This document shows, in pieces, positions 35,425 through 44,707 of a stretch of 64,000 nucleotides of DNA; positions within the stretch are counted from its first letter, which is position 1; the number at the start of each line of letters is the position of its first letter. The notes beneath the pieces are model-generated. The model made no database searches, was not told the origin of the DNA, and saw nothing but the letters and a program-made list of their open reading frames with translations. The stretch spans positions 1 to 64,000 of IMG/VR virus record IMGVR_UViG_2974623408_000001, one strand, 5' to 3'. The stretch is from a virus. Taxonomy: Duplodnaviria > Caudoviricetes. The position numbers were made by a program, and so were the translations under genes.

Positions 35425-36566
35425 GTCTCGACGACGCAATCAAGAATACAGCATCCAAAACTTCACCGGTACTAGCATCCACTGAGTTTGATGGCACCGA
35501 GGGTTTTATCCAGACAGGGCCGCTGCATTCACAGCCGCAAACCACATCTGACTTCACCGATCTACTCCGACAGTTTGGCTACGACCCAGAGACTGTAGAG
35601 ATCGTTGGTCCAGCCAGAATCTCGAAATGGCAGCAGAGACCAGACAGTGAATTTCTGTCAGCATACCGGTTCCGTATTGCCACCAGACGCGAGTGCATTG
35701 ATCTACCAGCACTGTACGCGGCTGTTGAGAAGACAGTTCAGCCTGAAGTTTCAGCCACTGGAGACGGTCCAGTGGCTGTTGTTGTCTTCGCGGACCCTCA
35801 GATCGGCAAGACAGATGCGCGTGGTGGCACACCACAGTTGATCGAACGACTCGAGCAAAAGCGCGAAGCGTTGCAGGAATGGATCACCAAAATCGGTCCA
35901 GCTAAGTGTGTGTTCGTTGACGCTGGCGATGGTGTCGAATCGTTCGAAAACACAGGGTCACAGCCGTTTACAAACGATCTGTCGTTCCCGCAGCAGTTGG
36001 ATATGTACTCGACCGAGGTCTTCAAGTTCGTCTCGGTGTTGTGTAAGAGCGCGCCGACCACTTCGTTGATCGTTCCGTCCAACCACGGTGCGTGGCGAAA
36101 TGGCAAGCAAAACCTCGGCAATCCCCAAGACGACTGGGGACTGTTCGTACACCGTCAGGTGGCCAAGCAAGCGCAGGCAATCGACATGCCGTTGACATGT
36201 CTGATGCCTGAGGATTACAACGAGTCGCTCGTCTTCGATGCGGGACCAGCCACTCTAGGTGTCACACACGGACACCAGGTAGGTTCACCAGACAGATTCC
36301 CTCATTGGTGGGCTGAGCAGACACACGGCGGCCAACCGATGGCTACCGCTGATGTCGCAATCACGGGACATTTCCATCACCTTCGTGTGCAGCCTACAGG
36401 ACGAAATGCGTTGTCCGGGCGTGCAAAATGGTGGATTCAGGCTCCCACACTCGACAACGGTTCCAGCTGGTTCGTCAACCGCAGAGGTGACGAGTCTGAT
36501 CCTGGAATGGTAGTCTTCACTCTCAATTCTGAGGGATTCAACCTCCAGTCTTTGGAAGTTCTCTAG
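35421..36566 (+). CDS. calcineurin-like metallophosphoesterase (Mre11/SbcD-like)
   Basis: DPQIG, GDGVE, SNHG, THGH, GHFHH. Confidence 0.85.
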   Translation: MSLDDAIKNTASKTSPVLASTEFDGTEGFIQTGPLHSQPQTTSDFTDLLRQFGYDPETVEIVGPARISKWQQRPDSEFLSAYRFRIATRRECIDLPALYAAVEKTVQPEVSATGDGPVAVVVFADPQIGKTDARGGTPQLIERLEQKREALQEWITKIGPAKCVFVDAGDGVESFENTGSQPFTNDLSFPQQLDMYSTEVFKFVSVLCKSAPTTSLIVPSNHGAWRNGKQNLGNPQDDWGLFVHRQVAKQAQAIDMPLTCLMPEDYNESLVFDAGPATLGVTHGHQVGSPDRFPHWWAEQTHGGQPMATADVAITGHFHHLRVQPTGRNALSGRAKWWIQAPTLDNGSSWFVNRRGDESDPGMVVFTLNSEGFNLQSLEVL

Positions 36567-36703
36567 AACTTTTCTAAACTTTTTTCACAGTAAATTTGCG
36601 TAAGTAAAACTAACGCGTTTACTGTACTCAATTGAGCGCCCGTTCTCTTATTCTTCGGTACCTCGGTAAATGACAGAAGTTCATTTTACTTTCTGGAGGA
36701 CCG

Positions 36704-38413
36704 ATGAGCGACAAGCCCACCGTTGAGGACGTGCAAGAGCGTCTCAAGGTAGAGAACGTCGTCCTTCTCAATGCTGAGCAGCGCAAGGAACTCCGCGACG
36801 ACATCGAAGCGGTTTTCAACAGTGCTGAAGCAGCGGAGGACAAGGACACAATGTCTTCGATGCTTGAGTCCGTAACCGCTTTGAACAACTACGAAGCGAT
36901 TATCGAGCAGGTGTCAAACATCGAATCGAAGACTGAAGAAACCGAAGAGGAATCTGAGGAATCTGCCGAAGCTACCGAGGAAAAGCCTGAAGAGGCTGAG
37001 ACCGAGGAAAAGGCTGAGACAGAAGCAGAAGAAACCGCTGAAGAAACTTCGTCGGCTACTGAAGAAGTAGCTGAAAAGGAATCTGAGGAATCAGCACCCG
37101 TGGCTGAAACCGAAGCCACCGAAGCAGTTGCAGATGCTGCAGAGGAAACCGTTGAAACTGCTCCCGAGGAGGTTGCCATGGCTGCATCTGCTATTTCGGG
37201 CGACGACGCTACAAACGAGGAAAAGAAGCCCGCTCCTCGCGTGCAGGTCGTTGCACAGGTCGGATCGGACATCAAGGGTGGATTCACCGCTGGTGCCGAG
37301 TTCCGTAGCCTTGACGAAGTGAACAAGGCGTTCATCAACAAGCTTGACGCAATCCGCGGTGTTCGCACCTCGGAGGCTGAACAGCGTGCTGTTGTTTCGC
37401 TCGTAGCTTCGATCGGCGAGGACCGTTACCTCGACCATGATCTCTACGCGAACATGGAGAAGATCGACGCAGCTACCGGAGAGCAGGCACTTGTCGCTTC
37501 CGGTGGATACTGTGCTCCTCTTCCAGTGAACTACGACATCTTCGGCGTTGGATCGTCGATCCGTCCAGTTCGCGATTCGCTACCAACGTTCGCCGCAAAC
37601 CGCGGTGGTATCCGATACATCGCTCCTCCAGTTCTTGGTGCGTACAACTCGGCTATCTCGCTGTGGACTGCAGCTAACGACGCGAACCCAACTGACCCAA
37701 CTACGAAGCCTGTGCTTAAGGTAGCCTGCGCCTCGGAGCAGACAGCCACAGCTGACGCTGTGACGTTGAGCCTCGAGTTCGGTAACCTTATGGCCCGCGC
37801 CTTCCCAGAGTTGGTGCAGCGTCACAACCAGCTAGCTCTTATCCAGCACGCACGTTTCGCTGAGCGTACGCTTCTGAACAAGATCTCTGCTGCTTCGACG
37901 AAGGTAACCGTAGAGCATGAGTTGGGTGCAACCCGCGACTTGCTACACGCTATCGCCCGCGCTTCGGCTGCTTACCGCAACCGTCACCGTATCCCACGCC
38001 CAATCAAGCTTCGCGCTATCCTCCCAGAGTGGACACGCGACTTGCTACGCGAGGATATCGCCTCGAACATGGCGATTGAGAACCTGGACGTCTCTGACGG
38101 ACAGCTTGATTCGTGGTTCTCTTCGCGCGGACTGAGCATCAGCTGGCACGTTGATGACACGTTCGCAACTCAGACCAACAACACTGAGTTGAACCCATTC
38201 CCAGACTCGATCAAGTTCTGGGTATTCGCTGAGGGAACATTCTTGTTCCTTGACGGCGGAACACTTGACCTGGGCGTAATCCGCGACTCTGACCTTGTCG
38301 GAACCAACGATTACCGTACCTTCGTCGAGACGTTCGAGGGTATCGCTAAGGTTGGAATCGAGGCTCTCGAAGTTTCGGCTGACGTGGCAATTGGTGTTAA
38401 CTCGGGATCGTAA
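36704..38413 (+). CDS. major capsid protein with N-terminal scaffold-like acidic region
   Basis: ggagg RBS; ALVASGGYCAP...RGGIRY...LDLGVIRDS..NDY..F.E.FEG. Confidence 0.85.
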   Translation: MSDKPTVEDVQERLKVENVVLLNAEQRKELRDDIEAVFNSAEAAEDKDTMSSMLESVTALNNYEAIIEQVSNIESKTEETEEESEESAEATEEKPEEAETEEKAETEAEETAEETSSATEEVAEKESEESAPVAETEATEAVADAAEETVETAPEEVAMAASAISGDDATNEEKKPAPRVQVVAQVGSDIKGGFTAGAEFRSLDEVNKAFINKLDAIRGVRTSEAEQRAVVSLVASIGEDRYLDHDLYANMEKIDAATGEQALVASGGYCAPLPVNYDIFGVGSSIRPVRDSLPTFAANRGGIRYIAPPVLGAYNSAISLWTAANDANPTDPTTKPVLKVACASEQTATADAVTLSLEFGNLMARAFPELVQRHNQLALIQHARFAERTLLNKISAASTKVTVEHELGATRDLLHAIARASAAYRNRHRIPRPIKLRAILPEWTRDLLREDIASNMAIENLDVSDGQLDSWFSSRGLSISWHVDDTFATQTNNTELNPFPDSIKFWVFAEGTFLFLDGGTLDLGVIRDSDLVGTNDYRTFVETFEGIAKVGIEALEVSADVAIGVNSGS

Positions 38414-38456
38414 TCCGAGTAACAAAGTCTACTAAAACTGGAGTCTGGAGGACCAC

Positions 38457-39149
38457 GTGGCACGTTTCTTTGAAACCTTCAACATCGTTGAAGGTGACGG
38501 CTCGTGGTCTTCCGGACCCCAGCCAGTAGACACACTGGCGTGCGGTTTCGCTATCGACTCGTACGATATCTGCGAGCCGGATGCGCCGGACCCGTTAGAG
38601 GATACACCGCTGGGAATTGACGCTACGCCCTTCGCAATAAAGGCGTATCAGGAAGTTCCCACACGATGTGCGCCTGCTGACATTGAGCAGTGGGTGGATG
38701 ACGCTATGCGAGCATCCACTGAATACATGGTTACCAAATCACTTTGGTACGGAGCCAACGGAAATACAAGCAAGATGTACATGCACGACCCTGACATTCT
38801 TGTCATGGATCGTGGAGCAAACGACGTGAAAACGTTGGGAGCATGTCTCGAAGCGCTGTACGCCAAGGCCCCAATGGTACGCCCAACAATCCACCTTGGA
38901 TTTGAAGCAGCCATGGCCATGCAGCTTGGACTTGACACACTGAAGATTCCGTTTGTTGTCGGTCCGGGTTATCCTCCTGATGCTATCGCGGTGTCAGGAA
39001 TGATCACTGTCAATCTTGGATCAGTGCAGACAATCGGCAGTGTCAATCCAGGGAACAACCGTAAGCAAATCGAATCTTCAAGACTTGCGCGAATCGTGTT
39101 CGATCCGTGCATGGTAGTCCGAGCGGCAGACTCGGGTACTGGCTCATAA
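38457..39149 (+). CDS. second capsid-type protein (possible pentamer/minor capsid)
   Basis: between capsid and major tail; synteny as in cluster-B-like actinophages. Confidence 0.5.
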   Translation: MARFFETFNIVEGDGSWSSGPQPVDTLACGFAIDSYDICEPDAPDPLEDTPLGIDATPFAIKAYQEVPTRCAPADIEQWVDDAMRASTEYMVTKSLWYGANGNTSKMYMHDPDILVMDRGANDVKTLGACLEALYAKAPMVRPTIHLGFEAAMAMQLGLDTLKIPFVVGPGYPPDAIAVSGMITVNLGSVQTIGSVNPGNNRKQIESSRLARIVFDPCMVVRAADSGTGS

Positions 39150-39163
39150 AATAAGGAGAGACA

Positions 39164-39817
39164 ATGGCTACTGATCATGCTGCCAGCGTCCAGGGTGTTG
39201 CTCTGCGAGTCTGCAAACTGGACACAGATGGCACACCACTTGTAGGTACAAAGACCTGCTTCGTAACTTCGGCGTTCATGTCGTTCGGGTTTACGCCTGA
39301 ATACACTGAAGGTGAAGAAATCGAAGAGAAGGGCGCAGACGGTTCGGTCTGTGTCTACTACCAGGCTCCGGACGTTCTGAAGCGCGTTACATTCTCGCTT
39401 CAGATTTGCGACCCTTCGCCTGAGCTCTCTGAGATTCTCGCCGGTGGTACGTTGCTTCTACCAGGTGTAGGAACAGACCCAGTCGGATACGCTGCTCCAG
39501 AGCAGGGTGTCGATGCGACTCCTAACGGCGTTGCCTTCGAGGTTTGGTCACGCGCGATCGTTAAGGGTAAGCCCGCTGCGGTCAACCCTTACTGGCGCTG
39601 GGTATTCCCTTACGCCAAGATGAAGTTCACCGGAGACCGTATGCTTGAGAACGGTATGATGGCGAACGAGTTCGAGGGTTGGGGCGTAGGAAACGAAGAA
39701 TACGATGCGGGACCTGCCGGCGACTGGGAGTACACCAGCGCACGTCCGTTCCAGTACGCTCGTGATGCTTCTGCACCAGTTGGTGTCAACGACTACGTTG
39801 CCGTAACCGGTTCGTAA
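39164..39817 (+). CDS. major tail protein
   Basis: LRVCKLD..G, EGEEIEEK.ADG.VC, YWRWVFP. Confidence 0.8.
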   Translation: MATDHAASVQGVALRVCKLDTDGTPLVGTKTCFVTSAFMSFGFTPEYTEGEEIEEKGADGSVCVYYQAPDVLKRVTFSLQICDPSPELSEILAGGTLLLPGVGTDPVGYAAPEQGVDATPNGVAFEVWSRAIVKGKPAAVNPYWRWVFPYAKMKFTGDRMLENGMMANEFEGWGVGNEEYDAGPAGDWEYTSARPFQYARDASAPVGVNDYVAVTGS

Positions 39818-39843
39818 TCGACGCGCACACTTCAACAGTCGAG

Positions 39844-39883
39844 ATGCGTCGGGACAGTCACAGGCTGTTCCGGCGCATTTTGC
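39844..39883 (+). terminator. intrinsic terminator after major tail gene
   Basis: atgcgtcgggacagtc / ggctgttccggcgcat then ttt. Confidence 0.65.
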
Positions 39884-39896
39884 TTAGGGATGAAAG

Positions 39897-40520
39897 ATGC
39901 CTCTAGAGGATTTTGTAGCTGACGCTCCAGACATCGCTGCTCGTGTCATGTACGAGTTGCTAGGTCGTCGTTGGGTATGGCCTCCTGTCACCACGACAGA
40001 TCGTGTAGAAATCCCGTCGAACCAGAACTTCCTTATTCTCGAGGGCAGACCAGTTATTGACGTCATCGAGTGCGTTCTGTATCGCGGCACCAGTCCTGCT
40101 GAAGATCTTGAGTACGTCGTAGAAAACAAGCACAGACTACGATTCACAGACATTCCACAGCTGCACAATTCGTTTTGCTGGGGTTCGTCAAACTCAATTG
40201 AGGTGACGTACACGTACGGTTCACCACCACCGAAGGAAGTCGAAGCAGCTATTGAGGCGCTGACTCAAGAACTGATCATGGCGTACAACGGCGATGAAGA
40301 ATGCGCTTTGCCAGAGCGTGTTCAATCATTGACCCGTAATGGTATTTCGATTCAGTTCGCCGCGGACGATTTTCTCGAGCACGGTCGCACAGGAATCGAA
40401 CGTGTAGACTCGGCACTGCGTCACTTCAATCCCGGTAACGCGAAAAGACGTGCTAGGGTATACTCTATTAATAATCCGCCTCCACGCAGACGAAACACGT
40501 CACAACAGGCGGGTTCCTAA
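39897..40520 (+). CDS. head-to-tail adaptor
   Basis: VTYTYGSPPP...C.LP.RVQSLTRNG...TGI..VD. Confidence 0.75.
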   Translation: MPLEDFVADAPDIAARVMYELLGRRWVWPPVTTTDRVEIPSNQNFLILEGRPVIDVIECVLYRGTSPAEDLEYVVENKHRLRFTDIPQLHNSFCWGSSNSIEVTYTYGSPPPKEVEAAIEALTQELIMAYNGDEECALPERVQSLTRNGISIQFAADDFLEHGRTGIERVDSALRHFNPGNAKRRARVYSINNPPPRRRNTSQQAGS

Positions 40521-40535
40521 AAAGGAGAAACGGTA

Positions 40536-41048
40536 ATGGCAAGAATCGATATTGACCCGGATACTGGGTACCCTGAGGGCGTGGCTCAGCGTCCCGACGC
40601 TCCGTTCCCAGAGGCTTCAAACGTCCCCGCTGATGTTCCACCTCAGCTGGAGGACCCCGATCGTAACCCAGACGCGTTTGGTTCAGCCAAGACGGCTGCA
40701 CCAGACGGTGTTGAGGACGCAACGATTGAGGAAGGAGACGGTCACGAGGTTCCGAAGGAACCGGTAAAGGCAGCGGAAGTACTCAACGACGGCAAGCATG
40801 AAGTCGGTAACGAGTACGAGAATACCTCGGTGGCTGGATACCACGAGGCGAACACAACCAACGCTGAGACTCTGTCTCAGGACCCTAAGTTCGAAGCTGT
40901 ACAGACCACACCGAACGCGAGCGGTAAGGTCGAGGTCAACGACAACACCGAGCCTAAGAAGGCTCCACGTCGTGGACGTCGTCCAGCTGCTGAAAAGCTG
41001 GCAGAGCCAGAAGAGAAGCTGACCGACGCGGACGCCAAGAACAAGTAA
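40536..41048 (+). CDS. acidic, likely disordered protein
   Basis: aaggag RBS; P/E/D-rich. Confidence 0.7.
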   Translation: MARIDIDPDTGYPEGVAQRPDAPFPEASNVPADVPPQLEDPDRNPDAFGSAKTAAPDGVEDATIEEGDGHEVPKEPVKAAEVLNDGKHEVGNEYENTSVAGYHEANTTNAETLSQDPKFEAVQTTPNASGKVEVNDNTEPKKAPRRGRRPAAEKLAEPEEKLTDADAKNK

Positions 41049-41060
41049 ATAGTATTTCCC

Positions 41061-41097
41061 GAAATGGCGCGCTAGTTTTACTAGCGCGTCATTTCTT
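41061..41097 (+). terminator. intrinsic terminator
   Basis: gaaatggcgcgctagt / actagcgcgtcatttc stem. Confidence 0.7.
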
Positions 41098-41111
41098 GTA
41101 ACATCGACTAC

Positions 41112-42437
41112 ATGGCTATTGATTTGTCGATACTTGTATGTTCCACGAACACTCGTTGGAACAACTTTGGACGAGCGATTCAGGAACAGATTTGGACACA
41201 GTACGATGATCTGCCTGATGACTACAAAGAACGCATTGAAATTCAGATACTTACAGATAACAAAAAACTGATGCTGGGTGAGAAACGTAATATCATGGTG
41301 GATTCTGCACAAGGAAAATACGTGCAATTCATCGATGATGACGACCGCATAGAACCTGACATGTTCAAAACTCTACTAGATACAATTGCTGAGCATGACA
41401 CGGACGTCATTACTTTTTTAGCCAGCGTTGTACTCGACGGTGGCGAACCGAAAATTTGCCGCTACAGCATAAATTACTCACGTGACCACAACACTTCAAC
41501 TGAATACCACCGTCTTCCTAACCACATCTGTTGCGTGAAACGTGACTTGGCCAAGCAGGTGAGTTTTCCCAATGTCCTCTACGGTGAAGATTCCGGATAT
41601 TCAAAACTATTAAAGCGTCGTCTAAAGTCTGAGTATGCAATCAATCGTGTTCTGTACCACTACGACTACAACAGTGAAACTACTGAGACACAACTACACA
41701 GACGTGCGTCTGTACGACGGAAGCGTCTTCGTCAGACACCACTAGTTGACGTTGTAGTCCTTTCTAACGCGTCAACACAGAAACTTCAACAGATGACCCA
41801 GCACACTATCGACACCTGTCTCGCAGGTGCTAACGGTCTGTCAGTTAACGTCATCGTAATGGAACAAGCATCAGTTATCCGATACAAAGATGCGGTTACC
41901 CATTGGACTCCTGACACTTTTCACTACAATCGTTTTGCAAACGCAGGTGCGAATACGGGCAGCGCAGAATGGATCATGATAGCCAATAATGACTTGGTAT
42001 TTCATGACGGATGGCTCCATGAACTACTTGCAGCAGAACATCCGGTAGTGTCTCCTCACAATCCGGGTGATCCACGACAACGTGCGCTGTACAAAAACGA
42101 AGTCGGAACACGAAACGGCAGACATTTTTCTGGATGGTGTTTCATGGTTAAACGCGAACTTTGGAAAGAAATTGGTGGATTCGATGAGTGTGTAAGTTTT
42201 TGGTGCTCCGACGATGTGGTAATCGAGCAGGTTAAAGCTCTTGATGTTCATCCTATGATCGTGCCAAAATCCGTAGTAAAGCATTTAGGATCAGTTACAT
42301 TGAACGATCAGGGTAAACCAGATTCGTTGACCTGGGAACAGTACCATATCTACGTCAACAAATACAATGTTACTGAGCATGATTTACTGAATAATCCACG
42401 ATACCGAAGATGGAAGAAACAAGCAGGTGTGGCATGA
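41112..42437 (+). CDS. tandem GT-A (family 2-like) glycosyltransferase
   Basis: FIDDDD and GED in domain 1; IANNDL, SGWCF, IGGFDE in domain 2. Confidence 0.85.
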   Translation: MAIDLSILVCSTNTRWNNFGRAIQEQIWTQYDDLPDDYKERIEIQILTDNKKLMLGEKRNIMVDSAQGKYVQFIDDDDRIEPDMFKTLLDTIAEHDTDVITFLASVVLDGGEPKICRYSINYSRDHNTSTEYHRLPNHICCVKRDLAKQVSFPNVLYGEDSGYSKLLKRRLKSEYAINRVLYHYDYNSETTETQLHRRASVRRKRLRQTPLVDVVVLSNASTQKLQQMTQHTIDTCLAGANGLSVNVIVMEQASVIRYKDAVTHWTPDTFHYNRFANAGANTGSAEWIMIANNDLVFHDGWLHELLAAEHPVVSPHNPGDPRQRALYKNEVGTRNGRHFSGWCFMVKRELWKEIGGFDECVSFWCSDDVVIEQVKALDVHPMIVPKSVVKHLGSVTLNDQGKPDSLTWEQYHIYVNKYNVTEHDLLNNPRYRRWKKQAGVA

Positions 42438-43039
42438 CTGAAATCAGTTACGTAGTAGTCGGAGATTCACGACGAGCACGACGTGCGTACAACTTGGCTG
42501 GTCGTCTTGGAGCGTCGGTTGCACTCGATCTGGAAGGCAAGTGGGGTCCAGGGATCAACCATCGTAGAGCCTGGATTCTCGGCAACACTGAGAAATGTGA
42601 CTGGATCGTGGTCATGGAAGACGACGCGATACTGTGCACCAATTTCTTAGAGAAGGCAGAAAAAGCACTCGTCGACGCCCCGACGGACATCGTGAGTTTC
42701 TATCTTGGCACCGGCTACCCCCTGCAGCATCAGAGTGAAATTCGCCGACGCGTGGCTATTGCGGACGAAACTGACGCTTCGTGGATTCAGATGCGCTCTA
42801 TGAATCACGCGGTGTGCATCGCAATGAAGCAAGAACTGGTCACACCGATGCTGGATCACGTGGCAACATCGCGAAAGCCCATCGACGAAGCGATCGGCAA
42901 ATGGGCACGCACACAGCAGATTCTTGTCAGCTATCCAGTTGAAAGTCTTGTGGATCATGCCGACGAGGAAACATTGATCAAGCACCCGGACGGAATTGCT
43001 CGGACAAAACCACGCAGAGCTATCAGATTTGCGGGTTAA
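42434..43039 (+). CDS. glycosyltransferase (GT25-like)
   Basis: NHRRAW...VMEDDAIL...PIDE...SLVDH. Confidence 0.75.
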   Translation: MTEISYVVVGDSRRARRAYNLAGRLGASVALDLEGKWGPGINHRRAWILGNTEKCDWIVVMEDDAILCTNFLEKAEKALVDAPTDIVSFYLGTGYPLQHQSEIRRRVAIADETDASWIQMRSMNHAVCIAMKQELVTPMLDHVATSRKPIDEAIGKWARTQQILVSYPVESLVDHADEETLIKHPDGIARTKPRRAIRFAG

Positions 43040-43125
43040 AATGAAGTGATCACATAATAGACCCATAACTTAATACCTCGGACTTTCTAGTGCTGTCAGG
43101 CTAGAACGTTCGAGAGGAGAAGACC

Positions 43126-43626
43126 GTGGCCGACATTAACACCGTCGAGGGCGGTCTTTCTTTGTATGCGCGTGCCCAGGAAATTCTGGAGACTGTTGTC
43201 GACCAGGCGGCCGCGCACCTCTACGACATCCCATCACGTCAGTACGTGACCACTGGTGCCCCGGTGTACGACTGCGAGGCTGTGTCCGTTACCGTGATGC
43301 GCGTTCAAACAGGTAACAACGGACCTGAGACTGAACTGTTCGCGGCTGGACCAGGATGCGCTGTCGCATGGTCGATCATCGTTGAGATTGCGATCACGCG
43401 CTGCGCAACCGTGATGAGCCGCGGCGGAACAGTGTCAGCCGCAAAGCTGAACAAGGCGTTTGAAATCTCGTCGCGTGACACCCACCTGCTGCAGGAAGTC
43501 ATCGACGATCTTTTACTGAAATCGGTCGGTAACATGGGCGCACTCATTGTCCCTAACGAACCCAGCGGTGAGTTTGTGGCTACCGTGGCGCAGATCACAC
43601 TCAGTGCGGAGAGTGCGCCATGGTAA
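43126..43626 (+). CDS. tail terminator / neck protein
   Basis: synteny; gagga RBS. Confidence 0.55.
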   Translation: MADINTVEGGLSLYARAQEILETVVDQAAAHLYDIPSRQYVTTGAPVYDCEAVSVTVMRVQTGNNGPETELFAAGPGCAVAWSIIVEIAITRCATVMSRGGTVSAAKLNKAFEISSRDTHLLQEVIDDLLLKSVGNMGALIVPNEPSGEFVATVAQITLSAESAPW

Positions 43627-44033
43627 GCGTCTCGTACAGTTCCGATGCACGGTTGAACATCAACGACACAGAGTTCAACCGCTACTTCAATACTTGGCAC
43701 GGCCCTGTCGGTCGTGACCTTGCTCGACGTGGACAGAAAGTAGCGATGCTGGCGCGTGCAAGTGCTGGTATGAAGACAGGTCAGCTACGTGCCAGCATTG
43801 GCGTGATCTACAACGTACCAAAACCAGGTGTGTTGTCGCTCGATGTTGTCGCGTCCGCACCACATGCTGCGATTCATCACGAAGGTGCTGCGCCGCACAT
43901 CATCGTGCCGAATCGCGCACGATACTTGAGATTTGAATATCAAGGGAGGATTGTCTATAGAACAATGGTAAGACATCCAGGACATAGACCAAATCCGTTT
44001 TTAGCGAAACATATTAGAGAGATAATGAGATGA
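43620..44033 (+). CDS. HK97 gp10-like neck protein
   Basis: TGQLRASI...HEG..PH...VRHPG..PNPFL. Confidence 0.7.
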   Translation: MVSVSYSSDARLNINDTEFNRYFNTWHGPVGRDLARRGQKVAMLARASAGMKTGQLRASIGVIYNVPKPGVLSLDVVASAPHAAIHHEGAAPHIIVPNRARYLRFEYQGRIVYRTMVRHPGHRPNPFLAKHIREIMR

Positions 44034-44485
44034 GAAACAGACGCAAGTTTGGATCAAACATTCCACTTCCCGTCGAGGGTCTTGAGCTTGAGCTGAATGA
44101 TCAGGTATTCAAGGTTCGCGGTGAGATGTCAGGTGCGCGACTACTTAAGGTTGTTGCGGACATGGACGGCGACAACGAGGCAGCTTCGGCTCGGGCTATG
44201 CTTGAGTTCCTGGAGTCATCGTTCTTGTTGGAGGATCGTGAGCGAGGTATGGATTATCTGTACAACTCTGATCCGCCAATCGGCTTTGATACGCTTCAGG
44301 AAATCATCGAATGGTTGATTGAGTCGTACACAAAAAAAGCTACAGAACAGTCGCCACAGTCATCAGCTGGGCAGACAGTGAACACTGGTCCTACTATTAC
44401 GGAGCTGCCCTTAGAGACGGCATCGACTTACTCGGTCCCACCTGTAGAGCAGACCAGTTCATCGCAGTACTCATCAGCTACATAA
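44030..44485 (+). CDS. tail assembly chaperone (short form)
   Basis: upstream of tape measure; contains a slippery heptamer. Confidence 0.8.
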   Translation: MRNRRKFGSNIPLPVEGLELELNDQVFKVRGEMSGARLLKVVADMDGDNEAASARAMLEFLESSFLLEDRERGMDYLYNSDPPIGFDTLQEIIEWLIESYTKKATEQSPQSSAGQTVNTGPTITELPLETASTYSVPPVEQTSSSQYSSAT

Positions 44486-44694
44486 CCGACAATGCGATGA
44501 AGACAAAGGAAGAGGCCCAGCAGTTCGAGAAGATTCACAAGATCATTCATGGTACGAATCTTCCAGAACTTGACACTGACGCCGGGCCGGGAGTACCACC
44601 TGAGCATAATGCTCCGGTGTACTCACCAGAGGAATTCCGAGCTCAACGAGATTTCGGAATTCCAGATGGCATCAAGGAGATGCCAGTAGGCTAG
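44332..44694 (+). other. -1 programmed frameshift site and extension of the tail assembly chaperone
   Basis: A AAA AAA at 44332-44338 in X XXY YYZ phase; the -1 frame (SYRTVATVISWAD...) is open through 44694. Confidence 0.85.
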
Positions 44695-44707
44695 AGAGGA
44701 GGCACGA

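Noticed and set aside
36925-37180. GAA/GAG-rich low-complexity tract (similar tracts at 50700-50870 and 63500-63660)
   Set aside because: In-frame Glu/Lys/Gly-rich linkers, not DNA elements.
34050-43085. Possible late-promoter motifs (GTGATTGA at about 34059 and 35123; TACCTCGG at about 36659 and 43074)
   Set aside because: Only two copies each with no consistent spacing; cannot be distinguished from chance by eye.
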